Assembly (NCBI RefSeq): GCF_000091665.1 | Contig: NC_000909.1 | Span: forward strand, 563,581 to 595,580 | Direction: 5' to 3' | Length of the DNA: 32,000 nt | Source of the DNA: Methanocaldococcus jannaschii DSM 2661 | Lineage (GTDB): Archaea; AGJL01; Methanococci; Methanococcales; Methanocaldococcaceae | The notes under the pieces: model-generated | Databases searched by the model: none | The model's input: the letters and a program-made list of their open reading frames with translations, nothing else | What the model was told of the DNA's origin: nothing | Translations under genes and position numbers: made by a program | Shown here: one piece after another, positions 10,590 through 20,498 of the stretch | How the letters are laid out: each line of letters starts with the position of its first letter | Numbering within the stretch: position 1 is the first letter of the stretch

Positions 10590-11165
10590 GTGTTGAGAAT
10601 TCCACGTAGTCTGAAATCTATTATAAACACAATAAATGGAGAATCTGGGACGAGATACATAGTTAGAGGTCTCATCGATGGTTCTTTATCAGCTCTTGGA
10701 GTTGTTATTGGAGCGAGTGGCTCAGCAGATGCATCAGTAATTATAGCTGCTGGGCTTGGAGGAGGGATAGCTAACGGTTTATCTAATATTCTTGGAGCTT
10801 TCACTGCAGAGAAAGCATCATTGGAGAGGGAGAGGATACAAAAAGAAAAGAGCTTGTTAAAGAAGAACGGTTATTTAAAGAAGTCAATAATTTACAAAAA
10901 GGCTATTAGAGAGACGATGATTTGTGGGCTTATTGATGGAATATCAACAACTATTGGTTCAGCTCTTCCAGTAGTGCCTTTCTTTTTATTTGATATAAAA
11001 ACAGCTTTATATGTTGCCATAGGTATAACTATAGCGATATTATTCATATTGGGAGTGTTTATAGGAAAGATTTCTAAGGAAAATGTAATAATTTCAGGAA
11101 TAAAGATGGTTGCTGGAGCTTTAGCTGTGGCAATTTTATGCTTTATGATAGAGAAAGCATTCTAA
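10590..11165 (+). CDS. VIT1/CCC1-family (DUF125) integral membrane protein, possible Fe/Mn transporter
   Basis: RGLIDGSLSALGVVIGASG near the N-terminus and GLIDGISTTIGSALPVVPF in the C-terminal half, plus hydrophobic helices. Non-ATG start (TTG/GTG) after GGTGAT. Confidence 0.6.
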   Translation: MLRIPRSLKSIINTINGESGTRYIVRGLIDGSLSALGVVIGASGSADASVIIAAGLGGGIANGLSNILGAFTAEKASLERERIQKEKSLLKKNGYLKKSIIYKKAIRETMICGLIDGISTTIGSALPVVPFFLFDIKTALYVAIGITIAILFILGVFIGKISKENVIISGIKMVAGALAVAILCFMIEKAF

Positions 11166-11175
11166 TTGTGAGATT

Positions 11176-11670
11176 ATGAAAGCAAGGGAATTATTTGAAA
11201 AATTAAAAAAAGAGCTTAATAATTTTAGCATATACGATATAATGATGATTAGAAGTTTTATTGAAAAAGATGCTAAATATCTCCCTCCACAATACAAAAA
11301 CCATTATGTTGAGGCGATGATGAAGTATTTAATTGAAACATTTAACGAGATTAGAAAAAAAAGCGTTGATGAGATTCAAGATGAAGAAATTGATGAAGAA
11401 AAATTAAATGAGATGCTCAATAGAATTGAAAGGTTTAGGAAATATTATACACCAGATGAAGAGAGATTTATAAACCTTTCAAAAATTCTCTGCCCATACT
11501 TGGCATTTATTGCTAAAAAGCCATTGCATCCAGAATATTTAACATTTCCTGGAAATGTAAAAATCATTAAAAAAGGCAATAACTATTATTGCCCAGTAAA
11601 AAATAAACAGCTTAATGAATATTCCTTGTGCGAGTTTTGTGTTTGTAAGAGTATAGATGAATTAAAATAA
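11176..11670 (+). CDS. Hypothetical protein with C-terminal Cys cluster (CPV...CEFCVC)
   Basis: 164-aa ORF with typical Lys/Glu/Ile-rich composition. The four C-terminal cysteines suggest metal binding. No family recognised with certainty. Confidence 0.6.
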   Translation: MKARELFEKLKKELNNFSIYDIMMIRSFIEKDAKYLPPQYKNHYVEAMMKYLIETFNEIRKKSVDEIQDEEIDEEKLNEMLNRIERFRKYYTPDEERFINLSKILCPYLAFIAKKPLHPEYLTFPGNVKIIKKGNNYYCPVKNKQLNEYSLCEFCVCKSIDELK

Positions 11671-11711
11671 ATAATAAAAAATAAAAAAATAATATAATAT
11701 AATTAAGTTAA

Positions 11712-11876
11712 TTAAGCTTCTTTTTCGTTAATTTTACTTTTTAAGTAATTTATTGCCTCTTCCTTAGTAACCTCTATCCAGATGCCAGACATCTCAATAT
11801 ATACTCTCCTCCCCTCTGGAAGAGATTTCAAGAAGTCAATTACTTCTTGAAACTCATTATTCAGCTTTTTCTTCAT
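11712..11876 (-). CDS. Small hypothetical protein (~54 aa)
   Basis: The internal ATG at 11876 is preceded by GAGGAAG. The ORF-track start at 11927 lies deep inside the pfdA acidic tail read in another frame. It still overlaps the pfdA 3' end by 20 nt. Confidence 0.45.
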   Translation of the reverse strand: MKKKLNNEFQEVIDFLKSLPEGRRVYIEMSGIWIEVTKEEAINYLKSKINEKEA

Positions 11877-12300
11877 TTTCTTCCTCTTCTGCTTTTTCTT
11901 CTTCAGATGTTTGTTGAGCTTCTGCAATTAAATCCTCTATTTTTGCATACAATTCGGCAATTGCTTGCTCTAAGACTAATCTGAATGTCAATAGCTTTTT
12001 AATTTCATCTTCAATGTATTTCAATGCCTCCTCATACTCTAACTCAGCTGAAATATTCTGTCCAACTGAAACAACAACCTTATCCATCTTTTCAACTTTC
12101 ATCTCTACTTGAGCAATACTTCCAACAGGAACTAAGACAGTTTTCCCCTCTCCCAATGTTTTTAAGCTCTTTAATGTTGCTAATGACTGTCTCAATGTTG
12201 CTATTGTTGCGTCTAATCTTCCAATTTCAGCTCTCAAACCTTCAATTTGAGCTATGTATGCTCTAACTGCTTCATTTATGTCTATGACTTCATTTACCAT
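11857..12300 (-). CDS. pfdA: Prefoldin alpha subunit
   Basis: ~147 aa with coiled-coil ends flanking a central beta-hairpin region (VLVPVGSIAQVEMKV...VVVSVGQNISAE). Acidic C-terminal tail. Confidence 0.85.
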   Translation of the reverse strand: MVNEVIDINEAVRAYIAQIEGLRAEIGRLDATIATLRQSLATLKSLKTLGEGKTVLVPVGSIAQVEMKVEKMDKVVVSVGQNISAELEYEEALKYIEDEIKKLLTFRLVLEQAIAELYAKIEDLIAEAQQTSEEEKAEEEENEEKAE

Positions 12301-12517
12301 ACTATCCCCTCTTTTATTATTTAATAATCTTATTCTATTTTTAAGTTATTTTTAGTAATATATTAGAAATTTATTTCACAATTATTGTATTAGTTAGAAG
12401 TTCTATAAAAACTTTTTGGTTAAGTTCATTTTTGTGTCAAAATCATGATCATCAAAAAGGATAAAAAATAATTTGGTTAATAGAAAACCAAATAACCCCA
12501 ATAAAAATGGTGAGGAA

Positions 12518-13864
12518 ATGAGAGCAATAATAATAGGAAGTGGAGCTGCTGGTTTAACAACAGCATCAACAATCAGAAAATACAACAAAGATATGGAAAT
12601 AGTAGTAATAACAAAAGAAAAGGAAATAGCTTATTCTCCATGTGCAATTCCCTATGTTATTGAGGGAGCAATAAAGAGCTTTGATGACATTATTATGCAC
12701 ACTCCAGAAGATTACAAAAGAGAGAGAAACATCGATATATTAACTGAAACTACCGTTATAGATGTTGATTCAAAAAATAACAAAATAAAGTGTGTAGATA
12801 AAGATGGAAATGAGTTTGAGATGAATTATGATTACTTAGTTTTAGCAACTGGAGCAGAGCCATTTATCCCTCCAATTGAAGGAAAAGACTTAGATGGAGT
12901 ATTTAAAGTTAGAACTATTGAGGATGGTAGGGCTATATTAAAATACATTGAAGAAAATGGCTGTAAAAAAGTTGCTGTTGTTGGAGCTGGAGCTATTGGC
13001 TTGGAGATGGCTTATGGTTTAAAATGTAGAGGTTTAGATGTCTTAGTTGTTGAGATGGCTCCTCAAGTGTTACCAAGATTCTTAGACCCAGATATGGCTG
13101 AGATAGTTCAAAAATATTTAGAAAAAGAAGGAATTAAGGTTATGCTATCAAAACCATTGGAAAAGATTGTTGGAAAAGAGAAGGTTGAAGCAGTTTATGT
13201 TGATGGTAAGTTGTATGATGTTGATATGGTTATTATGGCTACTGGTGTAAGGCCAAATATTGAGTTGGCTAAAAAAGCTGGCTGTAAAATTGGAAAATTT
13301 GCAATAGAAGTAAATGAGAAGATGCAAACCTCTATACCAAACATCTATGCAGTTGGAGATTGTGTTGAAGTTATTGACTTTATAACTGGAGAGAAAACAC
13401 TATCTCCATTTGGAACTGCTGCTGTAAGGCAAGGAAAAGTTGCTGGTAAAAATATAGCTGGAGTTGAAGCAAAGTTCTATCCAGTTTTAAACTCTGCTGT
13501 TAGCAAAATAGGAGATTTAGAGATTGGAGGAACAGGTTTAACAGCATTCTCTGCCAATTTAAAGAGAATTCCAATAGTTATTGGTAGAGCTAAGGCGTTA
13601 ACAAGAGCAAGATACTATCCAGGAGGAAAAGAGATTGAGATAAAGATGATATTTAATGAAGATGGCAAAGTAGTTGGATGTCAAATCGTTGGTGGAGAGA
13701 GAGTTGCTGAAAGAATAGATGCAATGTCTATAGCAATATTTAAAAAAGTTAGTGCAGAGGAACTTGCAAATATGGAGTTCTGCTATGCTCCACCAGTTTC
13801 TATGGTGCATGAGCCATTATCATTAGCTGCTGAAGATGCTTTGAAAAAGTTGAGTAATAAATAA
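12518..13864 (+). CDS. nox: NADH oxidase / CoA-disulfide reductase family flavoprotein
   Basis: ATG 12518 follows GGTGA. IIGSGAAG FAD motif, single redox Cys in YSPCAIPY, and VVGAGAIGLE NAD motif. Confidence 0.85.
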   Translation: MRAIIIGSGAAGLTTASTIRKYNKDMEIVVITKEKEIAYSPCAIPYVIEGAIKSFDDIIMHTPEDYKRERNIDILTETTVIDVDSKNNKIKCVDKDGNEFEMNYDYLVLATGAEPFIPPIEGKDLDGVFKVRTIEDGRAILKYIEENGCKKVAVVGAGAIGLEMAYGLKCRGLDVLVVEMAPQVLPRFLDPDMAEIVQKYLEKEGIKVMLSKPLEKIVGKEKVEAVYVDGKLYDVDMVIMATGVRPNIELAKKAGCKIGKFAIEVNEKMQTSIPNIYAVGDCVEVIDFITGEKTLSPFGTAAVRQGKVAGKNIAGVEAKFYPVLNSAVSKIGDLEIGGTGLTAFSANLKRIPIVIGRAKALTRARYYPGGKEIEIKMIFNEDGKVVGCQIVGGERVAERIDAMSIAIFKKVSAEELANMEFCYAPPVSMVHEPLSLAAEDALKKLSNK

Positions 13865-13876
13865 TTGGTGAATTTT

Positions 13877-15943
13877 ATGAAAAGAATCTTAATTTTCTTT
13901 ATATTATTTTTATTATTTTGTGGTAGTTTAAAAGCACATTTGATATTTTATGATAAGGATGTTTCTCAATTGAAGTCATTGGGATTTATTGGAGATTACA
14001 ATGGCAAATACTGGCTAATATCTGATAAGTGTAAGCTAATTAAGTATAACGAAATTCCCATTTTAATTGTGCCGTCTAAGCCATTAAATAATATTGAAAT
14101 AATCAAATGGGACAAATATAGGGAGTCATGGCTAATTATAACAAATAATGAGAGTATATCGAACGTTAGCAGTGATATATATCTTTTAGAGGGCAAAAAA
14201 CTTATTCATTTTGGGAGATTTAATTTTTTAATTGAAGATATAGATGATAATGGAGATTATTTTTTAGTTTCTGCTTTCTGTCCAGATAAAAAATCCAAGA
14301 TTTTTATAATCTATAATAACAAATCAATTGAAGATATAAACAAATATTTAAATATAAAAATTGATGATTTTTCTTTTCCTAAAATAAAATATATTCCAAA
14401 CGGAAATTTTTGGTTGATTGTAACTACTACTCTAGAAGGACAAAACTGTTTAATAAAATTTAATGGGACTTATGGAGAAGACATATCCCCAAAACTCAAT
14501 ATTCCAAAACCTCCAAATAAAATGGGTTGTTATAATATAATAGAAGATGTTGATTTTAATGGAACATCATACCTAATAGTTGGAAAATTCTCAAAATACA
14601 AAGATAGGTGTAATTATATTTTGTCATATGAAAATAATCGTTCAAAGATTTATAAATATAACTTTGATGGGCATTTTAAAAGAGTGAGTTGGATAAATAA
14701 CAGTTGGATAGTTGAGATTGTGAATTTCTCAAGAGATAATAGCTATAGCTATGAATACTATGCCCTCAAAAATGGAAAATTAAAAAGGATTAAAGTTGGA
14801 GAGTCAGCAAATTTTACACCAATTGTTTGGTATTTAGGCACTTATATAACCGATATTGCAAAAATTAATGATAATCAATACTTAATTACCTTAAAATCTA
14901 TAGAAGACTTTCCAAAATATCCAAATATTGGTGCTTTAATAAAACTAACAATAAACAACTCAAAGATAGATAAAAAGATAATATACAAAGGCAAGGGCTT
15001 GACATCTATAGGATATAATGGAAAATATTGTTTAATTGGTGGGAAAGGTGTTTTATTACTTTATAATGGAAAGAATATAACTGATTTGACGAAGAGAGCT
15101 AATATTTCAAATTCAGATTTGATTTCCTCTATTGCCTATGGGAAAGATTGTTGGTTAATTGGATTAGATGAAGTAAATCTTCACTATCCGTCAAAATCGT
15201 TAATAAAATTTGATGGAAAGAAGTTCTATGATTTGACAAACATTTCAAACATCACAATATGTAAAATTTTAAAATCCAATAAAGAGTATATCCTAATTGG
15301 CACTAAAAATGTCTTAATCAAATATAATGGTTCTTTCATTACTATAATTAATTATACGAATTATGAAAAATATGGGCTATGCTATATTTTTGAAGCAATG
15401 GATTACAATCCAAAAGAGAGATATTGGTTAGTTGGTGGAGTGTGTTTATATAATCACCCGTATTCATCAGATGCTATCTTATATAAGGTTTATGATAATG
15501 GAAGTTATGAATCTCTGCCAATAAACGACAACCTTCATAAGATTTATGGAGATTTTGGTTTTGCATTAGTTTCTTTAATTAAATATATTCCTAAAAATAA
15601 CAGCTTTTTAATTAAAGTATGGGTTGGACTCAATGATCACTGGCTTATCTATAAAAATAATACACTAACGGAATTTGTAACTCAAAAAAATCCTGGTTCA
15701 ATAGAAATTGATAACTATACATTATACATATTTAACTACTATAATACAATAGAAATTTATGACAACAACAAACTGTTATCAACTGTTGAATTAATTGATA
15801 TTCCAAAAGAGACCGTTTGTGTTGAAGAATACCACTATAAAGAGAAATCCTCGTATAATAATTACTTATATATTCTCATATTTATTATACTAACAATTAT
15901 AGCCATTTATATAGTGGTAAAAATTAATAAGAAATTAACTTAA
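13877..15943 (+). CDS. Large hypothetical cell-surface protein: signal peptide, ~11-12 propeller-like repeats, C-terminal transmembrane anchor
   Basis: ATG 13877 follows GGTGA. N-terminus [20 protein letters not shown]. Recurring (N/D)Gx(Y/F/C)WLI(G) ... LIK(Y/F)(N/D)G motifs. Many N-x-S/T sequons. C-terminal [19 protein letters not shown] followed by KINKK. Confidence 0.75.
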
Positions 15944-16870
15944 TAACTCAACTCTTCCATTAATCTTTTCCATTCCATATAAAACTTCTCCAATTCCTTT
16001 TCCAATTCCATAACCTAAATAGTATGTTAATCCAAACAATCCTTTATTCTCTTCTAAGCCATATTCAACAATCTCAGGATTTGAGACATTAGCTAACTGT
16101 TCTAATTTTTTCAAAGCATCTTCTTCAGTTCCCACTTCATCAACTAATCCAACTTTTTTAGCATCCTCCCCACTATATATCTTTCCATCTGCTATTTTTA
16201 AAGTGTAGTTTATTGACAAATGCCTATGCTCTGCTACCCATTTAACAAAATCCATGTATGTTTCATTTATCATTTTTTGTAGGTATTCCTTTTCTTCTTT
16301 AGTCATTGGTCTAAATGGAGAACCAATATCCTTATACTTTCCAGCTTTTATTGTAGTTACATTTATACCAAGCTTTTTCATCAATCCATAATAGTGCATT
16401 AAATCCATCCTAACCCCAATACTTCCTACTATTGAGTGCTTTTCAGCCACTATATAATCTGCAGGGGCTGAAACCATATAAGCACCAGAAGCATCTAAGC
16501 CCTCAACATAAACAACTACTGGCTTTTTCTTTGCAAGTTCTTCAACCTTTCTTGCTAATTTCTCACTTGCTATAACCTCTCCTCCGGGAGAATTAACAAC
16601 CAATAAAACCCCTTTAACTGAATCGTCCTTCTCTAAATCATCTAATAAATTTATATAATATCTTGCATCTTTTTTTTGTTGTGGAAAGATTCCATCTCCT
16701 TGATTATAATCAAAATAGATTTCATTGCATAAATAAACCTTGGCTATTTTTTCCCCACCAAACAAATCGACATTTTCTCCTGATAAGCTCATAACTAATA
16801 ATATACTTGCCCCTATTAAACTAATTAAAATCACAAAAAGAATTAGAAGAATGATATAAATTTTTTTCAT
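15935..16870 (-). CDS. sppA: Signal peptide peptidase SppA (36K type)
   Basis: N-terminal TM helix, VNSPGGEV motif, and ClpP/crotonase-like SppA pattern. Its 3' end overlaps the convergent surface-protein gene by 9 nt. Confidence 0.85.
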
Positions 16871-16886
16871 TATCTCCCTCAATTAT

Positions 16887-17279
16887 TTATTCTTTAACTG
16901 CCTTCTTCTTAAACTTCTCAAATAATTCAATAATCTTTTCATCCTTTTTAACCTTTTTCTTTGGTTTTTTAGCTAAATATTTCTTCCAACCTTCTCTTGG
17001 TCTAAATAAGGTTATAACATGTCCTACTACACTAACAACCTCTGCATCACATGCCTTAGCAAGCTTTTCAGCAATTTCATATTTATCTTCATACAATAAA
17101 GCAGCTTTTCTTACTTTAACCTTTATTAAACCTCTCTCTTTTAACTGTCTATCTACTTCTTTAATAACCTTTTCACTTCCCTCTTTTCCAACCCATACAA
17201 CAGGTTCTAAATGATGAGCTTTAGCTCTAAGCATTCTCTTCATTTTTCCAGTAAGTTTTCTTTTTTGTTCTTCTGTCAT
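16887..17279 (-). CDS. CRM-domain (YhbY/CRS1-like) RNA-binding protein
   Basis: KAHHLEPVVWVGKEG...IKVKV pattern of the YhbY fold. Lys-rich C-terminal tail. Confidence 0.75.
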   Translation of the reverse strand: MTEEQKRKLTGKMKRMLRAKAHHLEPVVWVGKEGSEKVIKEVDRQLKERGLIKVKVRKAALLYEDKYEIAEKLAKACDAEVVSVVGHVITLFRPREGWKKYLAKKPKKKVKKDEKIIELFEKFKKKAVKE

Positions 17280-17406
17280 AAATATCACCAAAAATAGTTT
17301 TTAATTTTATTACTGTAAATTTATTATATATTATTAAGATTAAAAATAGTTAATGTAAGGTATGATTTTAAAGGTATATATATCTAATGTTATCCTGAGA
17401 CGAAAC

Positions 17407-17755
17407 TGTCAAGTTAAGTTTTTTATTAAATATTGATAAAAAATAATAAACTATGAGGCTCATGATAGAAGTTATAAAGAAGAAAATCGTAGAGAGGAAG
17501 CTTTTTAAAAGGAATAGGAATCGATAGAGGTTAAAATCTTAGCAGGGCTTTTATACTACCTCGGATTATCATTGAGAAAAGTGGTTTATCCCCCTCCAAA
17601 TTCGAAGATATAAGTCACGAATCGATTAGAATTTATTATCACAAGATTAAAGAGGTTTTAAATAGATTTCCAAGTAATAGTAAATTCGATACGGTTGTTA
17701 GTTGGATAAAAAGCTTCATAATGTTCTACAATTGGATGAAGTCGTTAACTTAACA
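17407..17755. mobile_element. Degenerate, internally deleted insertion-sequence remnant (MITE-like), family uncertain
   Basis: Contains transposase-like coding fragments (see pseudogene). The bounds are imperfect inverted repeats, TGTCAAGTTAA (17407-17417) and TTAACTTAACA (17745-17755), matching 10 of 11. No target-site duplication seen. Confidence 0.4.
17453..17753 (+). pseudogene. Transposase pseudogene fragments (HTH region plus C-terminal tail, no DDE core)
   Basis: Three frames are involved. ATG 17453-17527 gives [24 protein letters not shown]. 17527-17613 gives ..[16 protein letters not shown]. 17535-17753 is open without a start and gives ..[30 protein letters not shown]...[17 protein letters not shown]. 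The GLS..ISHESI..Y segment resembles a transposase HTH, and W..FYNW.KSL resembles the end of a DDE domain. Confidence 0.45.
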
Positions 17756-17839
17756 ACCTCATTGTATAAATAATAAAATATATATAAACCATTATAATGT
17801 TTTATATTTTCTTTATTAGAAAACTTTTAGGGTGGGGTT

Positions 17840-18424
17840 ATGAAAATCGCATGTGACATCCCTGTTTCAGAAGTCATGAGTTTTCCAGTAATTAAAGCCA
17901 CAAAAAATATGTCAATCTACGATATAGCCAATATAATGACAGAAAATAATATAGGAGCTGTTGTTATTGTAGAAAACAATAAACCAATTGGTATTGTAAC
18001 AGAAAGAGATATTGTAAAGAGAGTTGTTTCAAAAAATTTAAAGCCAAAGGATGTATTGGCTGAGGAAGTGATGAGTAAAAAGATTATTACAATCCCTCAA
18101 AATGCTTCAATTACTGAAGCAGCTAAAATTATGGCAACTCATGGGATTAAAAGATTACCAGTTGTGAAAGATGGAGAGTTGGTTGGAATAGTTACACAGA
18201 GCGATATAGTTAGAGTATCTCCAGAGTTGTTGGAAATAGTTATAGAGTATGCATCAATAACACCAGAAGAAAAAGAAGTTATTTCATTAGATACCGATGA
18301 GTTTAGTGAAGAGTATATAAATGGAATTTGTGAAAACTGTGGTTATCAAGGAAGAGTTAGGTTATATCAAGGAAGATACCTATGCGATGAATGCATAGAA
18401 GAATTTGAAGAAAAAGAAGAATAA
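17840..18424 (+). CDS. CBS-domain pair protein with C-terminal zinc ribbon
   Basis: Two CBS repeats (GAVVIVENNKPIGIVTERDI and IKRLPVVKDGELVGIVTQSDI). C-terminal CENCG...CDEC. GGGTGGGG SD before the ATG. Confidence 0.85.
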   Translation: MKIACDIPVSEVMSFPVIKATKNMSIYDIANIMTENNIGAVVIVENNKPIGIVTERDIVKRVVSKNLKPKDVLAEEVMSKKIITIPQNASITEAAKIMATHGIKRLPVVKDGELVGIVTQSDIVRVSPELLEIVIEYASITPEEKEVISLDTDEFSEEYINGICENCGYQGRVRLYQGRYLCDECIEEFEEKEE

Positions 18425-18492
18425 ATAGTTCTTTACAAAACATTTTGGAATAAAATTTAACAACTTTTTGAAAAGAACTAAATATTAAAAAA

Positions 18493-19401
18493 TTATTCAT
18501 GAGCCATCCCAACAATCTCTTCCAATGTTAAATTTTCCTCTTTTAAAAAGCTTATTATTTCATCACAAACTTTTTTAAATATATCATAACCTCTATAATA
18601 AACTCCACTTCCTATTTGAACAGCTGAAGCTCCAGCCATCATATACTCAATGGCATCCTCTCCACTCATAATTCCTCCAACACCGATAATTGGCACATCA
18701 AAATTCTCATACAAATCCCAAACTACTTTTATTCCAATTGACTTTATTGCTTTCCCACTTAAGCCTCCAAATTTATTAGCTAAAATTGGTTTTTTTGCTC
18801 TAATATCTATAGCCATTCCTCTAACTGTGTTTATAGCTACTAATCCATCAACACCAGCATCTACAACTGCCTGAGCAATCTCAATAATATCTGTAACATT
18901 TGGTGTTAATTTAGCAAAAACTGGAATTTTAACAGCTTTTTTAACTGCCTTGCAAACATCATAGGACAAATCTGGATTTTGCCCTATGGTAGCTCCATAA
19001 CCTTTAGCATGAGGGCAGGAAATGTTTAGCTCAATAATATCTACATACCTCTCCATTTTCTTAGCTACTTCAGCAAATTCTTCCTCATCTTTCCCATAGA
19101 TTGAGCCAATAATTCTAACATCCATCCTATTTAACTCATCTCTAACCTTTTCTATCTCCTCCAAATACTCATCAACTCCAGGATTAGGCAAACCCATGGC
19201 ATTTAAAAATCCTCCATAAACCTCTACAATAGTTGGATTTTTATGTCCAGGATTTGGATTTAATCCAATAGATTTTGTTGTTACAGCTCCAGCTCCTCCT
19301 TTAGCAATTCTTTTTAATGCACTTCCAGTTTCTCCCATTATTCCACTTGCTAAAAAAACAGGATTTTTAAATTCTATTCCACAGATGTTTGTTTTCAACA
19401 T
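18493..19401 (-). CDS. pyrD: Dihydroorotate dehydrogenase, class 1 catalytic subunit
   Basis: LASG..G, LNISCPH, GGLSGKAIK and GVGGI motifs. The ATG at 19401 (MLKTNICGIEF) is preferred over 19413. Confidence 0.9.
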   Translation of the reverse strand: MLKTNICGIEFKNPVFLASGIMGETGSALKRIAKGGAGAVTTKSIGLNPNPGHKNPTIVEVYGGFLNAMGLPNPGVDEYLEEIEKVRDELNRMDVRIIGSIYGKDEEEFAEVAKKMERYVDIIELNISCPHAKGYGATIGQNPDLSYDVCKAVKKAVKIPVFAKLTPNVTDIIEIAQAVVDAGVDGLVAINTVRGMAIDIRAKKPILANKFGGLSGKAIKSIGIKVVWDLYENFDVPIIGVGGIMSGEDAIEYMMAGASAVQIGSGVYYRGYDIFKKVCDEIISFLKEENLTLEEIVGMAHE

Positions 19402-19582
19402 ACATTCACCCAACCAAAAGTTTTAAATACTAATTCTTATGGTATTATGATATTAAATTTTTAATGGTAAATTAAAAATTAAGAAAACATTATAGAAATA
19501 CACACTATGATTACGATTTTTTGATAATAATAAGAAGCTAATTCTAATACTATCAAAATTCATACTAAAAGGTGAGTTAAAC

Positions 19583-19852
19583 ATGCCAGCACCAAGATAC
19601 AGGTCAAGGTCATACAGAAGAATATACAGAAGAACACCAGGAGGAAGAATAGTTATCCATTATAAGAGAAGAAAGCCAGGCAAACCAAAATGTGCTATAT
19701 GTGGAGCTGAATTACACGGAGTTCCAAGAGGAAGGCCTGTTGAGATAAGAAAATTACCAAAATCACAGAGAAGACCAGAGAGACCTTACGGAGGCTACTT
19801 ATGCCCAAGATGCTTAAAGAGATTGATGATTCAGAAGGCAAGAAACCTCTAA
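19583..19852 (+). CDS. rpl34e: Ribosomal protein L34e
   Basis: [15 protein letters not shown]-terminus, CAICG...CPRC zinc-ribbon-like cysteines, and GGTGA SD. Confidence 0.9.
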   Translation: MPAPRYRSRSYRRIYRRTPGGRIVIHYKRRKPGKPKCAICGAELHGVPRGRPVEIRKLPKSQRRPERPYGGYLCPRCLKRLMIQKARNL

Positions 19853-19940
19853 ATTAATTAAAATTATTTTAATTAATGCCATCAAAATTACAATGAAAAA
19901 ATATTTATACTAATTAAATCCATTTTGGATGGGTGAATAG

Positions 19941-20477
19941 ATGATAATCACCATTGGGGGGCTGCCAGGGACAGGAACTACAACAATTGCAAAGATGATA
20001 GCAGAGAAATATAACTTAAGACACGTATGTGCAGGATTCATATTTAGAGAGATGGCAAAAGAGATGGGAATGGATTTACAGGAATTCAGCAAGTATGCAG
20101 AACAGCATAAAGAGATTGATGAAGAAATAGACAGAAGACAGGTAGAGATAGCAAAGCAGGGAAATGTTGTATTAGAGGGAAGATTAGCCGCATGGATGCT
20201 TTTAAAAAATGGAATTAAGCCAGATTTAACAATCTGGTTTAAAGCCCCCCTTGAAGTCAGAGCTGAAAGAATTAGCAAGAGAGAAAATATAGATAAAGAC
20301 GTTGCTTTAAAAAAGATGATTGAAAGAGAAGCAAGTGAGAAAAAAAGATATAAAGAAATTTATAATATAGATTTAGATGACTTATCTATTTACGATTTAG
20401 TTATTGATACTTCAAAATGGGACGTGGAGGGAGTGTTTAATATTGTCTCCTCTGCTATTGATAACTTAAAAAAATAA
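19941..20477 (+). CDS. cmk: Cytidylate kinase, archaeal type
   Basis: P-loop [13 protein letters not shown]. It sits in the conserved archaeal L34e-cmk-L14e arrangement. Confidence 0.85.
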   Translation: MIITIGGLPGTGTTTIAKMIAEKYNLRHVCAGFIFREMAKEMGMDLQEFSKYAEQHKEIDEEIDRRQVEIAKQGNVVLEGRLAAWMLLKNGIKPDLTIWFKAPLEVRAERISKRENIDKDVALKKMIEREASEKKRYKEIYNIDLDDLSIYDLVIDTSKWDVEGVFNIVSSAIDNLKK

Positions 20478-20498
20478 AAACGAGGGGGCGATATTAAA

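Noticed and set aside
11877-11927. Lys-rich N-terminal extension (MQKLNKHLKKKKQKRKK) of the small ORF downstream of pfdA
   Set aside because: It is the pfdA acidic-tail codons (GAA/GAG/AAA) read out of frame. The internal ATG at 11876 with an upstream purine-rich SD is a more credible start.
12471-12493. Hairpin ATTTGGTT-AATAGAA-AACCAAAT in the nox leader, and GATGCC-TTTA-GGCATC (9891-9906) after hemB, as regulatory RNAs
   Set aside because: Both are short single stems (8 bp mostly A/U; 6 bp) with no accompanying conserved features visible. They are plausible by chance or as minor terminator or 5'-UTR structures and do not stand alone as findings.
17407-17755. Confident assignment of the IS remnant to a specific family, and calling the 11-bp inverted repeats true termini
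   Set aside because: Only short HTH-like and C-terminal motifs survive. A 10-of-11 inverted match in AT-rich DNA over ~350 bp may be chance, and no flanking target duplication is visible. The call is kept generic at low confidence.
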